Below, piece by piece: positions 12,016 through 24,256 of a stretch of 64,000 nucleotides of DNA. The DNA comes from Azolla caroliniana (taxonomy: Eukaryota; Plantae; Polypodiophyta). How positions within the stretch are numbered: the stretch's first letter is position 1; each line of letters opens with the position of its first letter. Position numbers and translations under genes: made by a program. The stretch is taken from contig JBHGNT010000007.1 of assembly GCA_043228905.1 (NCBI GenBank), forward strand, positions 2,232,001-2,296,000, given 5' to 3'. Below the pieces are notes generated by a model. That model was given only the letters and a program-made list of their open reading frames with translations, searched no databases and was not told the origin of the DNA.

Positions 12016-13328
12016 CCTAGCACGCTTGTGGGACAGTGCCATGGTCAAAAAGAAAAAAACACAAGTATGTTTTCATAACATACCCATTTGTTTGCAAACG
12101 TATGAAAACGAATGTTTGAGCAAAAGAATGTGAATATTACGTATGAATGCAAGCAATGTCTTCATTCTAAGGAATATGGACATCTTAAGTGCTTGGAATA
12201 GCCTCAAATTTGACACTATGTCCTTAATGAATGATCTAAGACAAAACTAAGGTACTATGCACCACAATTGGCTTGTATGCCATCACACATGTTTCCAATG
12301 TTGGCACAATTTGGGGTCAAATATTTCATATGCACTGGCCCCGCTCTTCTGGGTATCTAATAGGTTTTTAAGTTGATACTCTACATGAAATGGCAAAATG
12401 GTAATGAAGGTTTTCAAAGATGGCTAGAGGTAAATGAATACTAGCTTGCATAAGTTAAGTAAATTACACATGTAGTTAAGCTGAATGTCAAGGAACTTGC
12501 ATCATGACTCCAAGTCATTGATGTAGACGAATGCTTGGCGGTAAATGTCTAAGATGGAGATGGGAAGGGAGATCTTGATGAAGTGCCACAACATTGATAT
12601 GCTCTGGAATAATTGTACCATGCGCATGTCATGATGATCATGATGCCGACCAAACTCACACACATTTGTTTTCGAAAAGCCAAGCTTTTGTAATACAATG
12701 TGTTGATTACGATTTCCTTAGTTGTGGTACTATGCCCCGGGAAATTGCGAATTCTTATGCATTGACCCTTGGGGTACCCACTGTGAGCTTATTGATAGAG
12801 TTTTTAAGTGGAGGTTTTTGAAGATTAGTCATTTTTCAAATTAAGAGTCATTATCAAAGATGTCCTTGAAGTTTCACAATCACCGAACCATGGGGAAAAC
12901 TTCAAATCTTCGACCATCACCAACATCATTCTAATGGAACGGAAAACCAATATCACTACCCAATAGTAAAAATTGTAAAATGATCATTGATTTGTGAGAA
13001 ATGGTGCCTTGTACCACGAGAAGCCTTAGGGACAAATCAACAATAGGTCAAACAGATGATGCATCCACTAAAATGGCACAAGGTCACTTCAATCTCGGAC
13101 AATCTTGAAGAAGAAAAGAAACACTAGTTGGTCTATCTAAAGGAAAGGAAGAAAAAGATGGTAGAAGAACTAATGGGCTTGCAAGTCAACATGACTTGTT
13201 AATGGGCCTCACAATGGAGGATGAGCCATAACAACATAACATTGTTCTTAATACTCGATGCACTATGTACCTCTGAGTCATCATTGCCCTATTACAAAAC
13301 ACATGTCGAGTACATACATACCACACCT

Positions 13329-13616
13329 CATAGTATGAACCATACGTAACATACGTGCATTCGCATTCGCGAATGATTCAAACATTCGCGAAAGAAAAAC
13401 ACCCTCAAAGAATGATAAATATCATACTTTTGGATTAACTATTTATTATGAGGTAGATAAGCCTAAAAATGAAAAAAAAAAAAACAAAAAAAACATTAAA
13501 AAAATGGGAAAAAAACAAAAAAAAAAACACAAGAATGTTTGGATAACATTCGCATTCGTTTTCCAACGTAGGAAAACGAATGTTATACTAGACGAACACG
13601 AATTTTACGTACTATG
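13329..13616. mobile_element. hAT-type MITE (288 bp)
   Basis: Perfect 8-bp TSD CCACACCT (13321-13328 and 13617-13624). TIR CATAGTATG / CGTACTATG. Subterminal CATTCG/CGAATG repeats. An older partial copy of the right end lies at about 12050-12149. Confidence 0.85.
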
Positions 13617-14063
13617 CCACACCTAGCACACAAGATTTCAATTTCATAAGAAGCAACGGTATTTGACCAATATTCTAAACTAGGTAGAGATCTGAACTAC
13701 TAGGTGATGTTCAAAAGATATCACATTGAAAAACATTAATAAGTTAACTCCAACTTGCAATAGAACACTAATCCCTTGAGTCTTCGCAAGAATCACAGGC
13801 AAGCTATTACAAGTATATTACCAAAGTTATGGTGATTGGGAGAGAAGAAAGATCGATACATTCAAGTCTATTAGAGGCCAAAATTGATCCATGAGACAAA
13901 TTGTGATTGCAAACATGGGTTGATTCCTATTATCAATACCTTAGAAAAAACAAAAGATTTAGTTTCCTAAAGCTCCGGGATCATGATCTTAATGTATGTG
14001 GTGGAATGAGTTTTGGAGATGTTTTACAAGCATGAAGCATATAACTAATATGTTTGGGTTGAT

Positions 14064-14642
14064 TGTTAGATCAATGGGTTTGGCCACAATCAAACTTCAA
14101 GCACGAGAGGGAATAACAGAGGACTAAACGTAGAGACACAAGATTTTAATGTGGAAAACCTTGAATGGGAAAAACCATGGGAGTCCACAAACTCCAAAAT
14201 GTCAATATATGCAGGAGGAATACAAATAAGAAACTCTAAGGCAACTACCTTGAGTTCTTCTTCGTCAGCTCGACGGTTATAGATATACTGCACTCTCACA
14301 CACACTCTCCTATACACTTAATGTTTCTTCTCACACAAAAAAGTTCTGTCCTAGTTGTATTCATACTAATACAAATTTTCGGGTTATTTATAAATCTGGC
14401 CTAAATAGGCGTTACAAAGCCATTTTAGAAAACTAGCCATTTCCGGATGCTTCATCTGGATCCTACTAGACTTGTCTCCAGACCCGATCTGGCTCTGGAT
14501 ATGGTTTCCTTCTACTTCAGATCTATCTGATCTAGCTCGTGCTCCTCCATCCAGTTTTGACTCCTCCTTATCCATGGATGGTTCTCCGGACTCCAATCCG
14601 GTTCGTGCTTACTTCCCATTCGGAGGGACCTGTTTCCTAACA
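14064..14642 (-). repeat. 3' LTR of copia H
   Basis: TG..CA termini, adjacent PPT, and homology to 35691-36320. Confidence 0.85.
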
Positions 14643-15377
14643 AACTCCCCCTTCACTCCGAGACGGGGTAGTTCACTAGTCTAACTCTTTGTCGGCACAC
14701 GCTCAATTTCTCTGCCAACAACACTCATGTCCGATCCATTTCCTTTCGTGTGGATCTTCATCAAACCAAAATCCTTTTCTTCCACCCTCTCATCAAGCCA
14801 GTGGTATCGTCTCTGCATGTGTTTGGTCCTCAACCGGTAGGCGGCATTCTTCGTAAGGGAATGACACTTTGGTTTTCGCAATAGATTCGGAAATCTTCTT
14901 GCTGAATCCCCAACTTTCTGATGAACTCCTTCATCTAGATTATCTCCTTGTAGGCTTCTACCATGGCCATATACTCCGCTTCCGTAGTTGATAGTGCCAC
15001 TACCTTCTGCAACCTCGATTGCCACGAGATGGCTCCCCTTGCATATGTCATTACATATTGGGATGTGGACCAACTGGTATCCACATCAGTCGACATGTCT
15101 GAGTTAGTAAAACCTTCAAGCAAAGGGTTACTTGAGCTGAATCGGAGGCACACACTAGAGGTGCCTCTTAGGTACTAGAGTATCCACTTAACTGCAACCC
15201 TAGAGTATTAGAGGCACACACTCGGCAAACGACTTCGACCGCGTATCCGATGCCCAACTTGGTACATAAGGCTTCTGGCTGAGGCACAGAGGACCTTCAT
15301 CATCAAAACCTTCTCCGTCTTTGTCTTCAGACATTGTCTCTTGGATAGCTTGTTGTTAGTTGGCAATGTTGAGCTGA

Positions 15378-15839
15378 TGTCATGATATGGCAAGACTCGA
15401 ACCCATGACCTTATGGTATATGGATCGAGCTCTTAACCATCACACCATCTATTGTAATTTGTAGGATATTATTTTCATTTATGCTTTATTATAAGAAATT
15501 AATGTATATTCCAGATTTCTCTAGAACATTCTAGAAGCTTCAGGACTACTCCTGAGAGCACTATAAAAGGAGGCACAAGGCATTGTTTTGAACCAAATTG
15601 GTTCAACGCCAGTCTTAAGCCTCTTAGCCACTTTGTACTTATCCTTCACATAATATATTAGTTGTTATCATCATCCCTCTCTCTCTCTCTCATCCTCGCT
15701 ATCTCTCTCATCCTCGCTATCTCTCTCTCCTCTTCTCTCTTTCTCTCTCGGGAATCTTACGCAGTCCCATCCTCTTAGTACTAATAGTATTTCTCTTCTT
15801 TAGTACTAATTCTCTCTCTGCTTAGTACTATTCCTGACA
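15378..15839 (+). repeat. 5' LTR of chromovirus A
   Basis: TGTCATGA..TGACA with TATAAAA at 15562. Differs from the 3' LTR by roughly a dozen substitutions plus about 24 bp of indel, counted by eye. Confidence 0.95.
15388..15447 (-). promoter_or_regulatory. tRNA-like Pol III A-box/B-box cassette in LTR A (antisense)
   Basis: Minus strand TGGTGTGATGG (A box) ... AAGGTCATGGGTTCGAGTC (B box) TTGCCA. A-to-B spacing is 44 nt. Confidence 0.65.
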
Positions 15840-15908
15840 GTTTGAACCAATTTTGGTCCTTAAGCCTACTTGTCGTTTTCCTCATCCTCCTACATTTTTC
15901 CCTATACT

Positions 15909-17066
15909 ATGGCTACTGTTAGCGCCCAAGAATATCAATCCGTTTTCTCCAAGCTACAGTGCCTAAAAGAAAAATTTGTTGCCTTGGAACAAGAAAACCA
16001 ACAACTAATAGGGGATCTGCATCAAATCGCTCTAGAAAAACAACAAACGCAGCAACAACATGGGGAGTTAGCGTTACGGGTACAACAACTTGAAGCAACA
16101 TTGCAACAACAAGGATCAAGTCCCCAAGGGTGTCATAAAGAGCCGAAGATTGGACTTCCTGTGAAATTTGATGGAATGTGATCGCAATTCAGGGGATTCC
16201 TTAATTAGGTACGATTAGTTATCCAAATGCATCCTTCCCGATACCCCACTGATGCATCCCGAGTCGGCCTAATAGGCATGTTGCTTAGCGGCTTAGCCTT
16301 ACCATGGTTCGCTCCGCTTCTAGAAAAACAATCGCCCTTGCTTGATAACTGTGAAGATTTTATTAGTGAGTTTAAAGCCTGCTTTGGAGACACCGACAAC
16401 ATCAGGACGACAATCAACAAGGTCTGATGATTGCGTCAAGGTGATCGTCCAGCCTCTGCCTACGCGGCGGATTTCCGTCTACTCGCCTCCTATATCCCCT
16501 GGGATGATCAGGCACTAATGGAGCAGTTTCGCTACAACCTGCGAAACGATGTAAAAGATTTACTTTTAACCTTCCCCGAAGAACCAAAGTCTCTTACGGA
16601 GGCAATCAGTTGAGCGGTCCGATGTGACAACCGCCTTTTCGAATGACGTTCCAAACGTCAATTACAAATACCATGCTCTAGGCCGGAGCCCACATACGCC
16701 TCAGTCGCGGCTAAATCGTTCGCACGTGACGTACCCCAAGCAAATACTCCGACACTAATGGAGATTGACACCATGCGTCGACGTGGCCCGTTATCGGAAG
16801 AAGAAAAGCAACGACGTCGTGCAAATTGATTATGTCTTTATTGAGGTGGACCAGGGCATACAACAATCAATTGTCCCCATAGGCCAAGAAGACAGGTAAA
16901 TCAAATCGTAGCCTGTAATAAACCCGAGTCAATTCTTCCCTTAGGAGTGTCTGATAGTATTCATAGTACTAATAGAGTGCCTGATAGTATTAATAGTACT
17001 AATAGCCCAAGTATCTCAAACAAATTTGAAATCCTTAGTCAATTAGATGAAGAGTTAAACGATTGA
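15909..17066 (+). pseudogene. gag: gag of chromovirus A (disrupted)
   Basis: Colinear with the intact gag of B (EPKIGLPVKFDG, HPSRYPTDASRVGL). Several in-frame stops. Confidence 0.9.
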
Positions 17067-18496
17067 GTCCAGCCAAAATAGGAGCTGTTTGGTTGGACAT
17101 TCCTAGATCTGTACAGCCCATTAGTGGTTCCATTCCCTCCAAGCAAGTTAGCAATGTGTTCCTAGCCCAAGTCATGGTTAGTACTACAAGTACTCCCCAA
17201 GTACAAGTCCTAACACTTTTAGATTTCGGAGCCAATTCCTGTTTCATGGATCGAAATTTTGCCCAAGCTTCTCAGATATCCTTAAGAAAACTTCCTTGCC
17301 CCGCATCTGTAGTAGTCATTGATGGTCATCCCATTGCTTCCGGGAATATTGTAGAAGAGTCAGAACCCATTCAGGTTGTCCTAGGTAGTTTTGTGTGTGC
17401 AGTATCATTTAATATAATTAGTAGTCCAGAGCATCCCATTATTCTGGGATTACCTTGGTTTGAACTACATAATCCATACATAGATTGGAGAACAAGAGAA
17501 GTCCGATATCGACAACCCTAAGAATCTACTCATCGAGTTTCGACCATTTCACTACATCAACTACGCGAAGAAGGACACAAGGAGGCAATGTTCCTATTTG
17601 CCATATCAGTACATCCTTCCAACAATATTAAGGAGGAATCCTTAGTGCAACTTCCGGCAAAATATCATCCTTATGCCGATGTATTTGACAAGGTAAAAGC
17701 CGGTACTCTTCCTCATCATCGTCCCTACGATTGTCCCATCGATTTACAACCAGGAGCAGAGCCACCATGGGGACCAATCTACAACTTGTTACCCACCGAG
17801 TTAGAAGTCCTTCGAGCCTACATAGAGGAGAACTTGGCAAGTGGGTTTATTCGTCATTCGTAATCTCCGGCCGGAGCACCCATCTTTTTTGTCAAGAAGA
17901 AAGATGGCTCACTTCGTCTTGTCGTTGATTACTGCGGCTTAAATAAGGTCACCATTCGGAATAGGTATGCACTTCATCTTATATCAAGTCTTTTAGAACG
18001 AGTTAATGGTGCCAAGTTTTTTACAAAAATCGATTTATGAGGAGCGTATAACCTCGTGCGGATCCGACCTGGAGATGAATGGAAGACTGCCTTTCACACG
18101 CGGTATGGGCATTTTGAATATACGGTTATGCCGTTTGGTCTAACCAATGCACCTGCAATGTTTCAACACATGGCAAATGATATCTTGGATATCTGTTTGA
18201 TCATCTATCTGGATGATCTATTGATTTATTCGAAGACCCAGGAAGAGCACGATTCTCATGTACTATTAATACTAAACCGACTCCACGAGAATGGTCTTTA
18301 TGCCAAGCTAGAAAAATGTAATTTTGACTGCAAGCAAGTGGAATTTCAAGGCTACGTTATCTCCTCAAAGGGCATCTCCATGGATCTAGCTAAAGTCCAA
18401 ACTATGCTAGCGTGGCAAATTCCACGATCAGTACGAGATGTACAATGTTTTCTAGGTTTTGCTAACTTCTACCACAAGTTTATACAGGATTACTCG
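17058..18496 (+). pseudogene. pol: pol of chromovirus A, 5' part (protease, RT)
   Basis: [38 protein letters not shown]. Stops are present and element B cuts it. Confidence 0.9.
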
Positions 18497-18940
18497 TGTC
18501 ATGAACACATGACCATTATGGCGTCACCCGGACTTGAACCTCGAACCTTGTAATCCATACTTGAAAACCTCAACCATTAAGATAGCTTATTGTTATATAA
18601 AACAATAAAAGCTACTTCTTGTATTACATTGATTATTGTAAAACCTCTAGATTATTCTAGAATGTTCTAGAATGTGCTAGAGCATTCTAGGTCTATAACA
18701 TTCTAGAACATTCTAGAAATCTCTAAGCTATTCTATAGGAACCTATAAATAAGGGCATACATGTATTCTCAAATCAATTCGAATCAACACCAGTCTTTAG
18801 CTCTCATTACATATCTTGTATCCATTCTCTTTCTTTCTGTATCTTATACATCCATTCTTCTCTTAGTATTTCATTCCTTTCTTCTCGTGTTCTCTAATAT
18901 CCTTCTTCCATCACTCTATCTTTTATCCTTGGTTCTGACA
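18497..18940 (+). repeat. 5' LTR of chromovirus B
   Basis: TGTCATGA..TGACA, repeated TTCTAGA motifs in U3, TATAAAT at 18744. Confidence 0.97.
18519..18584 (-). promoter_or_regulatory. tRNA-like Pol III A-box/B-box cassette in LTR B (antisense; also at 23830-23895)
   Basis: Minus strand TATCTTAATGG ... AAGGTTCGAGGTTCAAGTCCGGGTGACGCCA. Spacing is 44 nt and it ends in CCA. Confidence 0.6.
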
Positions 18941-18994
18941 GTTTGATTCGAATTCTCTCTCTCTCTTATCCTCCTTTGTAACCATCTTGAAACC

Positions 18995-20158
18995 ATGGCT
19001 GCCATTAACTCAGAAGAATATCTCACCCTTGTTGCAGAAATGGAGAACCTTAAATCCAAGTTCGCATCTCTTGAAGTAGAGAATCAACGTCTACTTGGGG
19101 ATCTACAAAAGGTTACTATAGAGAAGCAACAACAACAAGAGGAGTTCACGCGACGAGTGCAACAGTTAGAGTCGACAATCGTAGTGTTACAAAACCAAAG
19201 GGTTGAACGTCAGGGACTTATCAAGGAGCCCAAAATTAGCCTCCCAGCTAAATTTGATGGGTCGAGGGCGCATTTTCGAGGTTTCTTGAATCAAGTACGG
19301 TTGGTGATTCAAATGCATCCCGCGCGTTATCCAACAGATGCATCACGAGTCGGGCTAGTGGGCACCTTATTGACTGGCATAGCGTTGTCATGGTTTGCTC
19401 CATTGCTAGAGACCAATTCTCCTCTACTGAATAATTTTGAGGAATTTATCAAGGAATTTAAGGCTTGTTTCAGAGATACTGATGGGGCGAGAACAACTAT
19501 CAACAAGATTCGTACACTTCGTCAAGGTGATCAACCAGCTTCGACATATGCTGCCAATTTCCGTCTCATCGCAAGCGATATTCCTTGGGATGAACAATCC
19601 CTAATGGAGCAATTCCGTTCAGGCCTTCGTAGTGATGTCAAAGACTTACTTCTTACCTTCCCCGAGGATCCAAGGTCACTTACAGAAGCTATTAGTCGAG
19701 CAATACGGTGTGATAATCGCCTTTTTGAGCGTCGATGTGAGCGACAACAACAAATAACAAGATCAAGATTCACACCAACTTATGCATCAGTAACGGCGCA
19801 ATCATCCCCAAGGCAAATGTATAGCCCTGCTCCATCTCCAAGGCAAACACGTAGTCCAGTCCCAATGGATAGTCTTGCACCCATGGAGATCGATATGACT
19901 CAACGACGAGGACTGTTGTCAGACGAAGAGAAGCAACGTCGTCGAGCAAACCATCTATGCTTATATTGCGGAGGTCCAGGACATATAGCCCTTCATTGCT
20001 CCCGTAGGCCGAGACGTCAGGTAAATCAAATTCACTATGACAATAAAAATGAGTCCAACATTTTAGAAGTAGTTAGTGAATCTAATATTATGAATAATCC
20101 ACCCTTGTCCAATAAATTTGAAGTCCTAAGCCAATTAGAAGAGGAGTCAAACGAATAA
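18995..20158 (+). CDS. gag: Intact Gag (387 aa) of chromovirus B
   Basis: Open ORF with an N-terminal coiled coil, PAKFDGSR capsid region, PMEID motif and CCHC knuckle CLYCGGPGHIALHC. Confidence 0.92.
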   Translation: MAAINSEEYLTLVAEMENLKSKFASLEVENQRLLGDLQKVTIEKQQQQEEFTRRVQQLESTIVVLQNQRVERQGLIKEPKISLPAKFDGSRAHFRGFLNQVRLVIQMHPARYPTDASRVGLVGTLLTGIALSWFAPLLETNSPLLNNFEEFIKEFKACFRDTDGARTTINKIRTLRQGDQPASTYAANFRLIASDIPWDEQSLMEQFRSGLRSDVKDLLLTFPEDPRSLTEAISRAIRCDNRLFERRCERQQQITRSRFTPTYASVTAQSSPRQMYSPAPSPRQTRSPVPMDSLAPMEIDMTQRRGLLSDEEKQRRRANHLCLYCGGPGHIALHCSRRPRRQVNQIHYDNKNESNILEVVSESNIMNNPPLSNKFEVLSQLEEESNE

Positions 20159-23100
20159 GTTCAGCCAAAATAGGAGCCATTTGGTTGGACAACCCTAGAT
20201 ATGTATAACCTAGTGTGGGTTCCATTTCTTCCAAGCATGTCAGTAGAGTCTTCTCAGCCCTAGTACAAGTTAGGACACCCAGTTGTCAACTTCAAGTCCA
20301 AGCCCTCTTAGATACTGGAGCCAATTCTTGTTTCATGGATAGAGATTTTGCCCAAAAACACCAAATATCCTTGCATACACTTCCTTGTCCAGTTTCCGTA
20401 GTAGTGATTGATGGACGCCCCATAGCTTCCGGGAAGATATTTGAAGAGTCTGAGCCAATACACATACTCTTGGGTGATTTAGGATGTGTAGTTTCCTTTA
20501 ACATAATCCATAGTCCTGAGCATCCAATTGTCCTCGGTTTGCCATGGTTTGAGCTACATAACCCTAGAATCGATTGGAGGAAGCGAGAAATTAGGTGCCC
20601 TTTAGTGGAAAATATCGTTGTCAAGGATCGAACTCGGGATTATCCTCCTAAAGTATATAGTTCTACCGATGCACCATATCCTTCTCATCACATTTCAGCC
20701 ATCACATTGTAACAATTGTGCCAAGTGGGAGGCAAGGAGGAGCTTTTCTTATTTGCAGTATCAGTGACACCTTCTAGTGTCACTCAAGGGAATTCAGACA
20801 TCCAAATTCCCAAAAAATATCAAGACTATGCTGATGTTTTCGACAAAGTCAAAGCAAGTGTTCTTCCAAAGCATCGACCGTACGACTGTCCTATTGATCT
20901 CCAACCAGGAAAAGAGCCACCGTGGGGTCCGATTTACAATTTATCATCCACTGAGCTTGAGGTTCTTCGAGAATACATCGAGGAAAATCTTGCACATGGG
21001 TTTATTCGACATTCAAAGTCTCCAGCTGGTGCTCCTATCTTTTTTGTGATGAAAAAGGGCGGCTCCCTTCGTTTGGTCGTGGACTATCGAGGCTTAAATA
21101 AAGTCACCATAAGGAATAGGTATGCTTTACCTTTAATCTCCAATCTTTTAGAACGCATTGGTGGGGCAAAGCATTTTACCAAAATTGATCTAAGGGGTGC
21201 ATATAATCTTGTTCGAATTCGGCCGGGAGATGAGTGGAAAACAACATTTCGTACTCGGTATGGTCATTTCGAGTATACAATCATGCCTTTCGGGCTCACA
21301 AATGCACCTGCAGTATTCCAACATATGGCAAATGAAATCTTCCGGGATTTCTTGGATATTTTTCTAATCATCTACCTAGATGATCTATTGATTTACTCTA
21401 AAACATAGGGGGAGCATGATATACATGTGCGGCAAGTACTTGAACGCCTAAGGAAGTATGGTCTTTATGCCAAACTTGAGAAATGCAGTTTTGATTGCAA
21501 ACAAGTCGAATTTTTGGGATACACTATTTCATCGCAGGTTGTTTTCATGGACCCAGCAAAAGTCCAAACAATATTGGAATGGAAACCCCCATGCTCAGTT
21601 CGGGATGTCCGGTGTTTCCTCGGATTTGCGAACTTCTATCGCAAATTCATACATAATTATTCAAGCATTGTGTTGCCCCTTACTCAACTCACCAAGAAAA
21701 ATCAAGCATTTTTTTTGGAGTATCGAAGCGAACAAGGCTTTTACGCAGCTGAAAGAGGCATTCACATCAGCACCCATCCTAGCACATATTGATCCTGAAA
21801 AGCCATTTACTATTGAGGCAGATGCATCGGACTTTGCATTGGGGAGTATCCTATCGCAACCAGGCGATGACGGGCAGACACATCCAGTCACGTTTCACTC
21901 GAGAAAATTTACTGTTTCGGAGATAAACTATGAGGTGCATGACAAGGAGTTACTAGCTATGGTCAACTCATTCGAGCAATGGCGTCATTTTCTAGAAGGA
22001 TCACCTCATCAGATTATCATTTATAGTGATCACAAAAATCTCACATATTTTCAAACAGCTCGAGTATTAAATAGATGCCAAGCTCGGTGGGCCCAATTTC
22101 TAACACGTTTCGATTTCAAGATCATTTTTCGCCCCGGAAAACAACAAGGGAAAGCAGATGCTTTGTCTCGGCGTTCGTATCTAGCACTTTGACCTGGAGA
22201 TCCGGCCTTTGACAATCAAAAGCAAATTCTCCTTGAGCCATCAAAGCTACAGGTAATAACAATTTATGCCACGCCACTTGATTCTACCCTTCTTGACACT
22301 ATTCGGCAACAACCTCATTCAGATGATTTTGCTAAGGATGTCTTAGCCCACTGTGGTTCAAGTCATCCATCTTGCTCCACATTGCCAGGGTCATCTCAAC
22401 ATTATCAAGACTTCAAGTGGCAAGATGGCTTACTCTTCTACAAGAATCTCCTTTACGTCCCCGACGGATCACCCCGACTTCAAGTGTTGGAACATTGTCA
22501 TGATGCCCCCATGGCTGGACATTTTGGTATTTCCAAGACCATTGAGTTGGTGAAACATTCGTTTTGGTGGCCTCACTTGCAAAAATTTGTCGAAGATTAT
22601 GTTCGCACTTGTGACACTTGCTGTCGCGCCAAAATACCTCGGCATCACCCTTATGGCTTACTACAACCATTACCCCCTCCCAACAAGCCATGGCAGTCTA
22701 TTTCTATGGATTTCATTACGGATCTGCCACCTTCCAAAGTCTTTGATACTATTTTAACAGTAGTGGATCGGTTCACCAAGATGGCACATTTTGTACCATG
22801 TGTAAAGACCATCAATAGTGAAGAAACTGCAGATCTCATTATGCGTGAAGTGTTTCGCCATCATGGTCTCCCGAATGATATTATTATCGATCGAGGTCCT
22901 CAATTTATCTCACAATTTTGGAAGCACCTATGGGCAGGCCTCAAAATCTCTTGCAAACTCTCTTCGGCTTATCATCCCCAAACTGACAGACAAACAGAGC
23001 GCACAAATCAAACGCTCGAGCAATATCTTCGATGTTACATTAGTTATCAACAAGATGATTGGAGTAATATTTTACATCTTGCCGAGTTTGCATACAACAA

Positions 23101-23770
23101 CACGGTCCACTCTTCTACCAAAGTTACACCTTTCGTTGCCTACATTGGCAACCACCCTCGATGGTGTATACTGGATCTTCCCGAGGTGTCACGAAACCCT
23201 AGTGCGGTGCATCACCTCCACCGACTACAACAAATCCAGTTCAAGTTATCGTCACATCTTCAGAAAGCGCAAGCACACCATAAGACCAATGCCGCTCGAC
23301 ATCGTCTTAAGTCTCCGTTTAAGGTTGGTGACCGTGTATGGTTGCTTCGTCGTCACATCAAGACTACCCGACCGTGTGCTAAGCTTGACTATCAACGCTT
23401 AGGTCCTTTTGTCATCACGACGCAAATTAATGATGCAACATTTCGTCTTAACCTTCCTACACATATGCAGCTTCACCTTGTCTTTCATAGCTCTCTTTTG
23501 GAACCTTGCCGCACCTCTTTAATTCCTAATCGTGTCGTGCCACCACCGCCTTCTGTACAACTTGTGGACGGCCCCGAATACGAGGTAGTTGCTATTCTTG
23601 ATTCTAAAATTGTGCGCAATAAGCTTTATTATCTAGTTGATTGGCTTGGCTATCCTCCGAGTGATCGCACTTGGGAACCCATTGATAACGTGATAACGTT
23701 TGTAATGTTGAAGCTCTGGTCAACGACTTCCATTGTCACTATCCAAACAAGCCCGGCCCAACAATGTTAA
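20150..23770 (+). pseudogene. pol: pol of chromovirus B (PR, RT, RH, INT, chromodomain), disrupted
   Basis: LLDTGA, YLDD, EADASD, HHCC zinc finger, DDE core, GPF motif and chromodomain. Stops near 20206, 20710, 21406 and 22190. Frameshifts at the poly-T near 21710 and near 23690. Confidence 0.92.
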
Positions 23771-23807
23771 CGCCGACTTCCACTCGGCGTTCTCGAAGGA
23801 GGGATAG

Positions 23808-24251
23808 TGTCATGAACACATGACCATTATGGCGTCACCCGGACTTGAACCTCGAACCTTGTAATCCATACTTGAAAACCTCAACCATTAAGATAGCTTA
23901 TTGTTATATAAAACAATAAAAGCTACTTCTTGTATTACATTGATTATTGTAAAACCTCTAGATTATTCTAGAATGTTCTAGAATGTGCTAGAGCATTCTA
24001 GGTCTATAACATTCTAGAACATTCTAGAAATCTCTAAGCTATTCTATAGGAACCTATAAATAAGGGCATACATGTATTCTCAAATCAATTCGAATCAACA
24101 CCAGTCTTTAGCTCTCATTACATATCTTGTATCCATTCTCTTTCTTTCTGTATCTTATACATCCATTCTTCTCTTAGTATTTCATTCCTTTCTTCTCGTG
24201 TTCTCTAATATCCTTCTTCCATCACTCTATCTTTTATCCTTGGTTCTGACA
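23808..24251 (+). repeat. 3' LTR of chromovirus B
   Basis: Matches 18497-18940. Confidence 0.97.
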
Positions 24252-24256
24252 ACTCG

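Larger units (their letters stand above)
18497..24251 (+). mobile_element. Ty3/gypsy chromovirus B (Tcn1/sushi-like), young, nested in A
   Basis: TSD ACTCG on both sides. 444-bp LTRs at 18497-18940 and 23808-24251 look identical by eye. PPT GAAGGAGGGATAG. Complete gag-PR-RT-RH-INT-chromodomain order. Confidence 0.97.

Noticed and set aside
12150-13320. Possible decayed LINE or other coding remnant
   Set aside because: I could not recover a convincing motif by eye. The same holds for about 56500-57450 and 59100-59760.
15381-15454. Functional tRNA gene inside the LTR
   Set aside because: The acceptor, anticodon and T stems do not pair properly. Only the promoter boxes and their spacing survive, so it is reported as a tRNA-like cassette.
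18761-18946. Hydrophobic 61-aa ORF repeated at 24072
   Set aside because: It lies in the CT-rich R/U5 of the LTR, starts upstream of the inferred TSS, and is duplicated only because the LTR is.
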